Shown: positions 28,331-38,389, numbered from the stretch's first letter. The stretch is 64,000 nt of DNA from an uncultured virus (IMG/VR IMGVR_UViG_3300028835_002692) (IMGVR_UViG_3300028835_002692); one strand, 5' to 3'. A program made the numbers and translations. Notes: generated by a model not told the origin, from the sequence alone.

Positions 28331-29368
28331 GTGAAGGTGGCAGCCATTAACTGCTCATATTTTGGGATGAAGCCTGGTGATACCATCTACAACCTGGGCG
28401 TGGATAAGATCGCCCAGTACCACCGCCAGCTCGGTGATGAGGTCTATGTCGCGCCATGGGCGCCAATGCTGCTGGGAGAGGTCTATACCCGCGAAGTGGA
28501 CAAATTCTACTTCAGCGTTATCTTCACCTGGGACATTCCCGACATGATTCTGGCGGTCAACCTGGTGAGGAGCTGGGGTAAAGAGGTCGAGATCGGAGGT
28601 CCAGCGGCTACCTTCATGCATAAATACATACATAAATACACAGGGATAGGTCCACATCGGGGCCTGGATGACCGCTTCGAGCGGGTACCCGGCGATTACC
28701 AGCTCACCTTCACCTCCCGGGGCTGCCCTCACAAGTGCCAGTTCTGCGGCGTCAAGAAGGTGGAGCCGGTGGCCATCGAGTATGATGACTTCCCACTGGC
28801 GCCGATGATAGGGGATAACAACATTCTGGCCACCAGCTGGGAGCACCAGGAGCTCGTTGTCAACAAATTGGTCAATTATGGGCGGGAAATTGACATCAAT
28901 TCGGGGTTCGATGTGAGGTTCTTTCGGGAGGAGCATAAGCAGCTCTATTCCCGGCTCAAGCTGGCCTACTGGCGCTTTGCCTTCGATACGATGGAGGTTG
29001 AGGCCGATGTGCGCCGGGTGGCTGCCATGATGAGGGCTAACGGCCTGGACCGGCACCAGGTCACCTTCTATTGTCTGGTCGGTTTCCCAGGGACGACCCC
29101 TGAGGAATGTTTCTACCGCCTTGACACTATCATTCAGCTCGGGATGAACCCCTACCCGATGAGGTTCTGGCCGCTGAACTCGCTCAGGCGTGACTATGTT
29201 GCACCGGGCTGGACGGAGGACCTACTCTACCGGATATCCATGTACTACCAGACGCCCTATATCTGGAAGAGTGATACCTTTGAGAATTTCAGGCCCAGTA
29301 AGAGGATACTGGACATATCGCCCCAGCAGGCATCTTTAATAGGAGGTGACCATGGCACCAAAGATTAG
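28331..29368 (+). CDS. radical SAM protein
   Basis: SRGCPHKCQFC (CxxxCxxC); GGP; DNNIL. Confidence 0.85.
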   Translation: MKVAAINCSYFGMKPGDTIYNLGVDKIAQYHRQLGDEVYVAPWAPMLLGEVYTREVDKFYFSVIFTWDIPDMILAVNLVRSWGKEVEIGGPAATFMHKYIHKYTGIGPHRGLDDRFERVPGDYQLTFTSRGCPHKCQFCGVKKVEPVAIEYDDFPLAPMIGDNNILATSWEHQELVVNKLVNYGREIDINSGFDVRFFREEHKQLYSRLKLAYWRFAFDTMEVEADVRRVAAMMRANGLDRHQVTFYCLVGFPGTTPEECFYRLDTIIQLGMNPYPMRFWPLNSLRRDYVAPGWTEDLLYRISMYYQTPYIWKSDTFENFRPSKRILDISPQQASLIGGDHGTKD

Positions 29369-29879
29369 TGTAATTGATACCGAGAAAACCATATCGCAGT
29401 CTCTAGCCGACCTTCGGAAGCTATTTAGAAGCTGGGAGATAGATGACTGGGAGCCCATCCCGGGCAAAGATGGTCGGTCCTACTCCGTCAGGTACCTTAA
29501 AGTTGGCCAGTGGATGGAGATTGACTCCCAGCTTCAGCCCACAAAGGCCATGAATCTCAGGGTCTGCTACCAGGTAATCATGTACCTCAAGCTCTGGGAG
29601 AACCGCGGCGTCACCGGGATAGTTAAAGGGGTGACTTTTGTAGGCGGCCTCGTGCCAATAAAGGATGCTGGCAAGGAAGATTACGAGCAGAGTTGCGCTG
29701 TACTGGGCGTTGACCCTGGGGCCAGCATGGAGGAGGTGGAGCATGTCTATAAGGTTAAAGTGCAGTACTCGCACCCTGACCGGTTTCTGGACCCGGGCGA
29801 GAAGAAGCAGGCCGAGGAACGGTTCAAGCGTATCGACCATGCCTACAACTATATTAAGAAGGTGAAAGGAGGCAAATAA
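29352..29879 (+). CDS. C-terminal J-domain protein
   Basis: LGV...YSHPD...FKRIDHAY. Confidence 0.8.
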   Translation: MAPKISVIDTEKTISQSLADLRKLFRSWEIDDWEPIPGKDGRSYSVRYLKVGQWMEIDSQLQPTKAMNLRVCYQVIMYLKLWENRGVTGIVKGVTFVGGLVPIKDAGKEDYEQSCAVLGVDPGASMEEVEHVYKVKVQYSHPDRFLDPGEKKQAEERFKRIDHAYNYIKKVKGGK

Positions 29880-30364
29880 TGGAAGAGCTAGACTTTCAGG
29901 GACTACTCGACTACTTTAAGCAGAAGGGATTTCAGCGGGGAGAGCAGGTTATTCTCGGTAACTTCGGCACGGTTCAAACCCTGCTATCTCTCATCTTCGA
30001 GACTCCGGTAAACGTCTACGACATTGAGATGAAAGAAAAGAACGGTGATATTATCCGCCAGGTGAACCTGAAGGCCGAGCCGGGCGGTCAGGTCCTGGTT
30101 GCCCAGGCTACGAGCCGTATCCCGGTTGACCGTAACCGCTCTGATGTATTGCAGGCTATCACCTCGGGCAAGCTGGGACTCGGTCAGATCGTGGTAACCA
30201 ACCAGATCCCTAACCGGCGAATACTCCAGGAGGTTGGCCGGAACAAAGAAGCCTTCTGGCGGACCTATACCATCGAGGGGCCAGACCTCTTTCTAGAGAT
30301 TCACGAGCATTTCCCCAGGGAACCGTATGAAAAGGTAGGCTGGATCGAGCCGGAGGCGGGATAG
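29879..30364 (+). CDS. chorismate pyruvate-lyase/DUF98-like protein
   Basis: GTVQTLL, ATSRIP, GLGQI, RTYTI, IHEHFP. Confidence 0.6.
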   Translation: MEELDFQGLLDYFKQKGFQRGEQVILGNFGTVQTLLSLIFETPVNVYDIEMKEKNGDIIRQVNLKAEPGGQVLVAQATSRIPVDRNRSDVLQAITSGKLGLGQIVVTNQIPNRRILQEVGRNKEAFWRTYTIEGPDLFLEIHEHFPREPYEKVGWIEPEAG

Positions 30365-30367
30365 AAT

Positions 30368-31123
30368 ATGGCTAAAGTCGCCTGGTATGATGTTAAATGG
30401 AAGGGGTGGTTGAGGGATATTGTCATTCTGCTTCACCCCCCTTATACTATCTGGCACTTGGCCTATGTGGTCATTGGCGCGGCCATGGCGCCGCGGATGA
30501 ACTGGGGAACCCTCCTCTGGACACTACTGGCCTTCTTCCTCGGTATGGGGATTTGTGCCCACTGTGCGGATGAATTAAAGGGCCGTCCCCTTAAGACCAA
30601 GATCCCGGGGTTCATTCTGGCGCTAGCCGGTGGCTTATCCCTGGGTGGCGCCGTCATTATTGGCTTGACGGTTGGGCTGCAGCAGACCATCTGGATATTT
30701 CCCTGTGTCATCTTTGGGGCGTTCATTGTCTTTGCCTACAATCTAGAGTCGTTCAAGGGCTTCTTCCACACTGACTTCTGGTTTGGCTTTGCCTGGGGAG
30801 CTTTCCCGGCCATTACCGCTTACCTAGCCCAGGCTCACACGGTATCACCGGTAATAGTCCTGGTGGCTGCCGCCTGCCTCCTCTACAGCATGGCGCAGCG
30901 CAAGCTCTCCACCCAGGTTCGCTTCTTCAGGCGCAGGGTATCGGTCGTAGAAGGCTGTTTCTTCGAGTCCCAGGACTTCCCAGTGGTACCGAGTACCCCA
31001 TGCTGGGGTCAGAGCCACAACCTGACCAAGGAAGTTATTATCCAGCCACCCGAAGTGGCACTCAAGCTGATGACCTGGACGGTGGTAGCGGCGGCCGTCG
31101 GCCTGGTTTTAATTCACATCTAA
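30368..31123 (+). CDS. UbiA-like multi-TM prenyltransferase-family protein
   Basis: About 8 TM segments; HPPYT..HCADE; AYN; WGAFP. Confidence 0.55.
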   Translation: MAKVAWYDVKWKGWLRDIVILLHPPYTIWHLAYVVIGAAMAPRMNWGTLLWTLLAFFLGMGICAHCADELKGRPLKTKIPGFILALAGGLSLGGAVIIGLTVGLQQTIWIFPCVIFGAFIVFAYNLESFKGFFHTDFWFGFAWGAFPAITAYLAQAHTVSPVIVLVAAACLLYSMAQRKLSTQVRFFRRRVSVVEGCFFESQDFPVVPSTPCWGQSHNLTKEVIIQPPEVALKLMTWTVVAAAVGLVLIHI

Positions 31124-31135
31124 AAGGAGGTTATC

Positions 31136-31561
31136 ATGTCACAGGAAGAGGATCTGAAACGAATAGCCGATGCCTTTGAGAAGATCGTAGCCATCTACGA
31201 GCACCCGGAGGAATACATCCAAAGGATTGGCCAGCAGGTAACCCAAGCCCTGCAGGGCACTGCGGCTCAGATGGCCCCTCTACCGGCCCAAGTGGGCGCT
31301 GCCGTGGTGTCAGAGATAGCGGTAACCCTGGCCCCGGAGGAAAGGAAAGCCATCTGTGAGAGGGCGATGGCCGATATTGAGGAGCAGATGACCGAGTTCA
31401 AGGGATTTATCGGCCAGGCGCTATCCGAGCTACCCGAGGGGGCACTGAAGAGGATAGGCGAGCTCATGAAGAAGGGGGAGAAGTTCAAGATCCGCCGGAG
31501 ACACGGCTGCATCTATCTGGACTTCGGCCACGGTGATGACGATTTCTACCTGAAAATGTAG
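31136..31561 (+). CDS. hypothetical protein
   Basis: RBS; operon context. Confidence 0.65.
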   Translation: MSQEEDLKRIADAFEKIVAIYEHPEEYIQRIGQQVTQALQGTAAQMAPLPAQVGAAVVSEIAVTLAPEERKAICERAMADIEEQMTEFKGFIGQALSELPEGALKRIGELMKKGEKFKIRRRHGCIYLDFGHGDDDFYLKM

Positions 31562-31575
31562 AATGCGGAGGGGAA

Positions 31576-31806
31576 ATGGCTATGTGGGATGAAAAGAAGG
31601 CACGGGCCAAGCTACAGGAGGCACTGAAGATCAGCGATGAGTGCGACCCTGCCGACTGCGATTGTGATACCTGCCCCATAGGTAAGCCCATGGAGCTGGT
31701 AGCCCACGATGCGGGCGTGAAGGTCATCGCCTCGGTTTGCAGCATGATAATCGCATTGAAGGACGTCTGCTTTGAGCCGAAAGAGTACAAATATAAGCCC
31801 GACTAA
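31576..31806 (+). CDS. small Cys-rich protein
   Basis: CDPADCDCDTCP. Confidence 0.6.
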   Translation: MAMWDEKKARAKLQEALKISDECDPADCDCDTCPIGKPMELVAHDAGVKVIASVCSMIIALKDVCFEPKEYKYKPD

Positions 31807-31815
31807 AGTTCACTT

Positions 31816-31834
31816 GTAACGGATTTTCCGTTAC
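31816..31834. repeat. second palindrome GTAACGGA-TTT-TCCGTTAC
   Basis: Intergenic. Confidence 0.85.
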
Positions 31835-31860
31835 ATATAGTAAGGGAAAGGAGGTGAACC

Positions 31861-32253
31861 TTGCCTAAGAAGGAGACAAAGGAAGAGAAAGAGCAGAATG
31901 AAGCCTACATGGAGAACTATACCAAGCTGGTACAGCGCCTCTACTGGCTGAGCAGGTTCAATGTGAGGCAGTTCATGGGGAATCGAGAGGAGGGCGACCC
32001 GCGGGTTGACTACCTGGCCGGGGTTGAGGGCTTTAAGAACCTGGCCAATGCCCAGATATCCGGTATTGTCCGCATCCTGACTATGATGCTTGGCACAAAG
32101 AAACAAGAGTTCCTGAAGGTCATGGAAGAGGAGCTCACTAGCCAGATCAAGTCCATGGAGGAAGAGGTCGGCGTAGTGAGCTGGGCCGATGACAGTACCC
32201 CCAGGTTCGACCTGCAGGTGCTCAGAGAAAAGACGAAAGGCTGGCCTCAGTAA
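31861..32253 (+). CDS. hypothetical protein
   Basis: AAGGAGGTG RBS. Confidence 0.65.
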   Translation: MPKKETKEEKEQNEAYMENYTKLVQRLYWLSRFNVRQFMGNREEGDPRVDYLAGVEGFKNLANAQISGIVRILTMMLGTKKQEFLKVMEEELTSQIKSMEEEVGVVSWADDSTPRFDLQVLREKTKGWPQ

Positions 32254-32522
32254 TGCGCCTCAAAGTCGCTGGTATTGAAGAGATCGTGATAACCGACCCC
32301 AACAGGGTGTGTGGCACGAGGAGACCGAGGAAATATCTTGACCAGAACCTTCTCCGGACGATAAAAGGGCAGGATTTCACTGCCAAGGAGCTCAAGAGCA
32401 TGTTCGGGTATGCCAAGATAACATCTCTTCAGGATACCCAGCTCAAGAACCTTATTGAGCCAGTCAAGAAAAATATCAGTAGTCTCTACGCTGAGAAAAG
32501 TACACGCTGGAGGATCAAATGA
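32253..32522 (+). CDS. hypothetical protein
   Basis: N-terminus paralogous to 43605-44042. Confidence 0.6.
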   Translation: MRLKVAGIEEIVITDPNRVCGTRRPRKYLDQNLLRTIKGQDFTAKELKSMFGYAKITSLQDTQLKNLIEPVKKNISSLYAEKSTRWRIK

Positions 32523-33148
32523 ATCACAAGGAAATTATGCTCCACTGTACCAAGGTAAACAAAAGATACATGAGGCTACCGGCAGGCAAGGTGGCCGGTC
32601 TGGAGAACATGGCTGCCCTCTATAAGCGGATAGCCGAGCAGAGTATGGATTGTGCCAGGGATTGGAAGCTGGACTTACCTTGCCCTGACCATGAGCCCGC
32701 TACAGACGCTTTCTGGTGGGGTGTCGTGGCCTGGGCGGATGCCTTCGGTCTCTCGATGGGAGTTGACATGACAGAGTGGGGGTGCATTTTCGTGTATCCG
32801 CATGACCAGTTTGCCAGTTATCTGAGGCCAAACGGGCTCCCTGACCCTATACCAGAACTGAGCGGTCCTCCAGCAGACATTATTCTGCGTCTCGATGCCC
32901 TATGGAAGGAGAAGGTGATCCAGCTCACTACCCGGTGGGGCTTCTTTCATCACCTCAAGGACAAGGGAGCTATGCTGGAGGCTCAAAGGCTCGAGGGAGA
33001 GTTGCGTAACCCCGGGAGCCCGGCCTATAAAGCATTTCTGGAATCCGACCTGGCCTTCTTCCGGGTGCTCTTCAAGCCATTCCCATTCAGCAAGAAGACC
33101 AAGGACCACATAGACGCCTGGCTAAAGAAAGCGGAGGAGGCGCTTTGA
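32519..33148 (+). CDS. hypothetical protein
   Basis: Translationally coupled ORF. Confidence 0.65.
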   Translation: MNHKEIMLHCTKVNKRYMRLPAGKVAGLENMAALYKRIAEQSMDCARDWKLDLPCPDHEPATDAFWWGVVAWADAFGLSMGVDMTEWGCIFVYPHDQFASYLRPNGLPDPIPELSGPPADIILRLDALWKEKVIQLTTRWGFFHHLKDKGAMLEAQRLEGELRNPGSPAYKAFLESDLAFFRVLFKPFPFSKKTKDHIDAWLKKAEEAL

Positions 33149-33241
33149 CAGGTCATGCCCGGGAAGAATTAAAAGTGAATATAATTATATAAATAAATCA
33201 ATTTATATTGCTATAATTGTTTAATTACGGAGGGGTCAACC

Positions 33242-33655
33242 ATGGAAGAGAGACAGCCGAATCGGGCCGAGCGGAGAAGGCAGGAGAAAGAGGCGGCCAA
33301 GCCGAAGGGTAAGGCCACATGTACTGAGTGCAAAGAGGGCCCCTGCGATATAGCTCCCAAGACTTTTGACAAGTGTCCGGTATGTGGCTGTCCCGCTACT
33401 TTCACAGTAGAGGCCATGAAAGGTGACCTTCACATTGAGGATATACGGGGCAAGCAGTCGGCCCTCTTTTCCTTCGAGTACCTCTACGATACCCCGAGCT
33501 ATCAGGTGAAGCTCGTTGCAGTTGGGGCTAGCTGCGCCCGCTGTGGGGTTTTCTACACCCTAGCCCGGGATAAGATGAAGGGTAGCACCCTGGCCGTGCC
33601 GAGGAAGCCCGGCGGTCAGGGTCCCGGTTTAATTCTCCCCGGGCAGGCAAGCTAA
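33242..33655 (+). CDS. zinc-finger protein
   Basis: CTEC, CPVCGC, CARC. Confidence 0.65.
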   Translation: MEERQPNRAERRRQEKEAAKPKGKATCTECKEGPCDIAPKTFDKCPVCGCPATFTVEAMKGDLHIEDIRGKQSALFSFEYLYDTPSYQVKLVAVGASCARCGVFYTLARDKMKGSTLAVPRKPGGQGPGLILPGQAS

Positions 33656-33656
33656 T

Positions 33657-34366
33657 ATGATAATGAAGGCTCCGGCAAAGATCAACCTTTCCTTTGAGAT
33701 TCTCGGTAAGCGAGAGGACGGGTATCACGAGATACGAACCGTGATGCAGACCGTTGACCTCTGCGACTACCTTACCATAGAGAAGAGTAAGCAGTTCTTT
33801 CTCACAGGAATCCAGGTGGCTCCACCCGAGGAGACCACTATCTACAAGGCAGTTAAGGTTCTAATGCCGCGGCGGTCCTCTACGCCATCAACGAGCTTTA
33901 TGAGCTGAAGCTCTCCAAAGAAGAGCTGATGGGTCTGGGGGCCAGCGTAGGCGCTGATGTTCCCTTCTTCATCATCGGCGGTAAGTGCCTTTGCGAGGGA
34001 TTTGGGGAGAAGGTGACCCGACTCCCTCCCGATGAAGGTAACTTCTACTACATTATCTTTCGGCCACATAAGCGGATCGCAACCAGGCAAGCCTATATGG
34101 ACTACGACAGAGTAGGGCAGAGTTTTGCCGAGGCCGCTAGGGTCAAATGTCCCCAACTCGATGATGTGTTTTCTTTCTTCCCGGATGCCGTAGTCTCGGG
34201 AAAGGGCCCCTCTACCTGGGTCAAGCGGGAATACTTCGATGCCGAGTTTGAAGGTGAGCCCGTTCATGCCATAGCCGGCGGGTTGGATACCTTTCTATCT
34301 GGGATAAAGACCATGACCCGTACCTGGGATGGGGATATCTATATAGTTCGCCCTGTGGGAAGATGA
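33657..34366 (+). pseudogene. ispE: 4-diphosphocytidyl-2C-methyl-D-erythritol kinase, disrupted
   Basis: [23 protein letters not shown] in one frame and SNAAAVL..GADVPFF..GEK in another; Gly-rich ATP loop absent at the join (~33858). Confidence 0.85.
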
Positions 34367-34863
34367 AAAAGGCAGATGAGCTGAAGATTCTGGCCATGTG
34401 CTACTGGCGCTTCAACCGGGGCTGCCCGATTGTGGCCATGGAATATAAATATGGCGATGCTGATGTCCTCGCGGTGACCAAAGACGGGGTCGTGATCGAG
34501 ACCGAGGTTAAGGTTTCCCTCAGAGACCTGAAGCGGGATGGCGCCAAGTCGAAACACTGGGCGATGCAGAGGGATACCGATTCCACCCGGGCTCACTACT
34601 TCTTTTTCGCCGTTCCTGAAGAGCTGAAAGAGGAGGCGGAGGCGGTGATAGTTGAGAAGTTTGGCTACGCCGGCCTCCTGGTGGTCACGCCTATAAACCC
34701 CGAGGTAAATCCCCGCTATAATGTGCCAGTTCGCTGCTATAAGGAAGCCCACCAGTTCGGGCTTAAGCCGAAGCTCACTCAGAAGGAGATGATAGACGTG
34801 GCCAAACACATGTCAACATCACTCTGCAGGATGGGCGTAGAATTATTGATGAAAGGAGGATAA
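34363..34863 (+). CDS. PD-(D/E)XK (MmcB-like) nuclease
   Basis: ADVLAV..ETEVKVSLRDLKRD..YFFFAVP. Confidence 0.7.
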   Translation: MKKADELKILAMCYWRFNRGCPIVAMEYKYGDADVLAVTKDGVVIETEVKVSLRDLKRDGAKSKHWAMQRDTDSTRAHYFFFAVPEELKEEAEAVIVEKFGYAGLLVVTPINPEVNPRYNVPVRCYKEAHQFGLKPKLTQKEMIDVAKHMSTSLCRMGVELLMKGG

Positions 34864-34865
34864 CC

Positions 34866-35135
34866 ATGTTTATCGAAGGTACCACAAGTGGTGTCGGCTT
34901 CTGGTATGTCTGCTGGGGATTGCAAGGTGAGTCTTATTATATGAACACATATCTGAAGCTCAACGGCCTGGCCAAGTGGTTTGCGAGTGAAGCCTACAAG
35001 GGAGTCCCAGTACTCCGTGTCGGCAGAATAGTAATCACGGAGAAAGGCGTCGAAGAGAAGGAGCACTGGGAAAGCCGGGAGGAATTTCTGAAGTGGGCGA
35101 AACCCCTAGTACCTTTCTCACTTCCTGAGGTATAA
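34866..35135 (+). CDS. hypothetical protein
   Basis: AGGAGG RBS. Confidence 0.6.
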   Translation: MFIEGTTSGVGFWYVCWGLQGESYYMNTYLKLNGLAKWFASEAYKGVPVLRVGRIVITEKGVEEKEHWESREEFLKWAKPLVPFSLPEV

Positions 35136-35173
35136 TTAAAGAAACTAAGCTGCCCTGATATTGACAAAGTGGG

Positions 35174-35195
35174 GCGTATAAGTTAAATTATACGC
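35174..35195. repeat. 22-bp palindromic site GCGTATAA-GTTAAA-TTATACGC overlapping a promoter -10
   Basis: TTGACA at 35161, TAAATT 17 bp later inside the site. Confidence 0.95.
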
Positions 35196-35291
35196 AGAGC
35201 CTGGGAAAGAGGGCAGCACCTCCCGATGAGCAGCTCGGCCGCCGCCTTGTTGCTCACCCAGGCTCGTTTTACTAAGGCGAAGGAGGCTAAT

Positions 35292-35759
35292 ATGGGATTC
35301 GGAGGAGCAAGCGCAGCAACCATAAGAACCATTGTCGAGGAGGAAGTGGCCGACATCCAGGCACAGACCGACAAGCTGGCCGGTGAAGCGCCGTCATCGA
35401 GCTCTGTGACCGCGAACTGGCAGTCAGGAACCGCCCCCTCCACAGAAACTGGGGCGGAGCTGGTTCGCATCGGGACCGCCGGCGACCGCAAGAAGCTACA
35501 TTCCCTGATGGTAGGGATAGGAGCCCTTACCAATGGCGCCGTCATCACCATCAGGCTCTACAGGTCCATCAACGGCGTCGAAACCAAGGTCTATCCGCCT
35601 TCAGGAACCACCTGGACGGTGGACACTGACCCGGATGGGATATGGGTTGTCGATGGTACCCTGGAGATAACTGGTGTCCTGAGGGTCGAGGTGCAGAGCG
35701 ACACCCCCGCGGATAACACCCTTCCCATCACCTACGAGTACGACCTCGAAGATATGTAA
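35292..35759 (+). CDS. putative structural beta protein
   Basis: AAGGAGG RBS; beta-rich. Confidence 0.6.
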   Translation: MGFGGASAATIRTIVEEEVADIQAQTDKLAGEAPSSSSVTANWQSGTAPSTETGAELVRIGTAGDRKKLHSLMVGIGALTNGAVITIRLYRSINGVETKVYPPSGTTWTVDTDPDGIWVVDGTLEITGVLRVEVQSDTPADNTLPITYEYDLEDM

Positions 35760-35772
35760 AGAGGAGGCATCC

Positions 35773-36261
35773 ATGAGTGTGCTGGTTAAAGGAGTAAGCA
35801 CCTTCCTGGCACTTAGCGATACGCCGAGCAGTTATACAGACGAGGCCAAGAAGCGGGCACTAGTTAACGCTGGGGAAAGTGCCCTGGAGCTAGCCACGGA
35901 AGAGGCTAGCCTTGAATTCATTATTGATGGTGGGGGCGGGGTTATCGCCGCCAGCGAACAGGGTCACCTGGAAGTACCATTTGACTGTGAGATCCAGTCA
36001 GTCGAGCTGCTGGCTGATCAGACGGGCGCCATCAAGGTGGATATCTGGGTGGATACCTATGCCAACTTTCCTCCTACCGACGCTGACTCTATCACCGGCG
36101 GCAACGAACCCGAGATCACCGCCGGCAACCAGAAGTACCAGGATACCACGCTCACCGGCTGGACCAAGAGCTTGACCAAGGGACGGATTATGGCCTTCAA
36201 TGTGGACTCCGTTACGACCATTACCCGGGTAACTGTCACCCTGAAGGTGAATAAGACATAG
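35773..36261 (+). CDS. putative structural (fiber/spike-associated) protein
   Basis: FLALSDTPSSY motif; beta-rich C-domain. Confidence 0.6.
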   Translation: MSVLVKGVSTFLALSDTPSSYTDEAKKRALVNAGESALELATEEASLEFIIDGGGGVIAASEQGHLEVPFDCEIQSVELLADQTGAIKVDIWVDTYANFPPTDADSITGGNEPEITAGNQKYQDTTLTGWTKSLTKGRIMAFNVDSVTTITRVTVTLKVNKT

Positions 36262-36270
36262 GAGACAACT

Positions 36271-37395
36271 GTGGCTATAGGTGACATAGGAGCATCAGTA
36301 GAAGGCACCCTGACCCTGGATGCCACTGGCAGTGCACCATCTATCTGTCATGTCTACGGGGATGTTTTTGCCTGTGCCTACGACGATGGTGCTAACGGAA
36401 GGATAAAGACCTTTTCTGTTGATAGCTCTGGCAACATCAGTGCTGTGATTAGTAGCCTCGCCTTTGCCCCTGGGGCTGGTGTTGGGATATCAAGCATTAT
36501 CCTTGCCCACCCTGGGATGTTGGCCGTAGCCTACGGTGGCTCTACCGGTTGGTGTAAGACAGTTCCTGTTGATAACTCGGGCAATCTGGGGGCTGTTAAG
36601 GACTCCCTAAATTTTGAGACCACTAACTGCATTCCTCGTGCTCAAAGTCTCCTCCATGTTAGTGGTAATGTCTTTGCCTATGCCTACCAGGGAGGCGCTG
36701 CCGCTACCTACCTTACGGTCAAGACTTGGACCATTGATACTGCTGGGAACTTAGGTTCTGTGGTAAGCACCTTATCTGTGGCTGTTGAACAGAATAAGGG
36801 TATAGCCTTTGTTCATCTCACTGGAAATCTTTATGCGACTCTCATCAATCAGCTAGTACATCCCACTCAACTCGATACCTTCACTATTAGTGATGCTGGT
36901 ACTATCAGTGCCGTTATAGATACTGCTGCCTTCGATACGGGCGGAAATGGTAGTAAGCCTCAGATTGTTCCAATTGGAGGAAATAACTATGCCTTTGCTT
37001 ACTACAGAGGTTTTGATTTTGGTCCTTACCTAATAGAAACCAGGTCTATATCGCCTGCTGGAGTCATTAGTGCACAGATAGATCTTGCCATCAATCAGAC
37101 GCCAGCCACTCCTTACAGTATGTTGAGCATCGGCTGTGGAGTATATGCCTATGCCTGTATTGTTGGTGGTGTTGCCTCTGTCCGTACTATATCCATAGCA
37201 GCAGATGGTACTATCGGGTCTGAGATTGATGACTTAAGCATCTTAGCGTCTCCTTCCCAGTGGCCTCATATTATACATCACCAGGGTGACATCTATGCTG
37301 TTAGCCTTACCGGGCCGCCAACCAATGATGGCCTGGTAAAGAGCCTGTCTATTGTAAGCAGGGCCCCGGCGAATAAGGCTTACTCTCTAGGCTAA
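36271..37395 (+). CDS. repeat beta-propeller-like receptor-binding candidate
   Basis: About 7 repeats of HxxGNxFAxAY...KTxxIDxxG; T-ending codons. Confidence 0.6.
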   Translation: MAIGDIGASVEGTLTLDATGSAPSICHVYGDVFACAYDDGANGRIKTFSVDSSGNISAVISSLAFAPGAGVGISSIILAHPGMLAVAYGGSTGWCKTVPVDNSGNLGAVKDSLNFETTNCIPRAQSLLHVSGNVFAYAYQGGAAATYLTVKTWTIDTAGNLGSVVSTLSVAVEQNKGIAFVHLTGNLYATLINQLVHPTQLDTFTISDAGTISAVIDTAAFDTGGNGSKPQIVPIGGNNYAFAYYRGFDFGPYLIETRSISPAGVISAQIDLAINQTPATPYSMLSIGCGVYAYACIVGGVASVRTISIAADGTIGSEIDDLSILASPSQWPHIIHHQGDIYAVSLTGPPTNDGLVKSLSIVSRAPANKAYSLG

Positions 37396-37433
37396 GAAAG
37401 GGGTGGAGAGGCACCCCTATTGACATTTTGATA

Positions 37434-37455
37434 GCGTATAATTAGTATTATACGC
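37434..37455. repeat. 22-bp palindromic site GCGTATAA-TTAGTA-TTATACGC overlapping a promoter -10
   Basis: TTGACA at 37420, TAGTAT 17 bp later. Confidence 0.95.
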
Positions 37456-37466
37456 AGAGGTGCAAA

Positions 37467-37817
37467 GTGGATCAAAGAAGCCTTGTGCCATATGGTCAGG
37501 GGCAGCTCATGGACCCGGTCTCTTTCCTCTTGTATATCCTGGCATTGCCCATCCGGGTCATAGCTGAGATGCTGCGAAATGCCCCTTTCCCGGTCTTTCC
37601 GGGGCAGGGTGGACAGAGCTCGGGCTCTTATCAGAGTGACCTCTGGAACGTACCAACAAGGCAAAATAACATCATTGAGGCTCCCAGCTATACTGTCCGA
37701 GAAGCTCCCCCTCCGCCGGCAGCAACTTATGTGAATGAGGAGTCATGGGAAATTGAATGGAACGAAGAAGGTCTCCCCACGAGAATCATCGTCCACAGAA
37801 ACGCCCAGAGATCTTGA
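37467..37817 (+). CDS. hypothetical protein
   Basis: RBS follows the site. Confidence 0.6.
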   Translation: MDQRSLVPYGQGQLMDPVSFLLYILALPIRVIAEMLRNAPFPVFPGQGGQSSGSYQSDLWNVPTRQNNIIEAPSYTVREAPPPPAATYVNEESWEIEWNEEGLPTRIIVHRNAQRS

Positions 37818-38370
37818 GACCCCGCAGCCTGTGGAAAGCTGGGTCGATGAGATAGCTCACCTTATTGATGAGGTGAAAGAGCCACCTCAACTCACAACTC
37901 CACGGTCCGAGCCAGCTCCTACCAGGTCAATTTCAACTATTTCCCCGCAGGACATTACCGTGCCCATGATGAGGGTTGTTGAGGATGGGAAAGAGGTGGT
38001 TCGTCCCGATGTCATACAGGCTGTGGTCCAGCTAGGCACCCTTGGTCAGCTCGCCCGGATAAGAAGATCCCTGGAGAGAGAGCATTTTAGGGGTGAGCTC
38101 GATAACCGTGATCTGGAAGCCACCGACGAGTATCAGCATATCAACCTCATTGATGATTGGCCAAACACTCCCTGGGTGAGTGCCTACTTTTTCAATGCTG
38201 GCCCCGACGGTGTTTATATCGCTATTAACAAGAACCGCCCCTTCAGGCACCTAGTCTATAAGTATGATGTGCGGCTTGACTTCATCAAAGCGGAGAAGAG
38301 AATTGAATTCATCGAGTACTACTGTGATTCTGGAGAAACCGCCACAGTTAATACTCTTGGCAAATACTAG
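37735..38370 (+). CDS. hypothetical (putative structural) protein, start uncertain
   Basis: Beta-rich C-terminus. Confidence 0.5.
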   Translation: MRSHGKLNGTKKVSPRESSSTETPRDLETPQPVESWVDEIAHLIDEVKEPPQLTTPRSEPAPTRSISTISPQDITVPMMRVVEDGKEVVRPDVIQAVVQLGTLGQLARIRRSLEREHFRGELDNRDLEATDEYQHINLIDDWPNTPWVSAYFFNAGPDGVYIAINKNRPFRHLVYKYDVRLDFIKAEKRIEFIEYYCDSGETATVNTLGKY

Positions 38371-38389
38371 CAGGAGCGGGAGGACCTCA

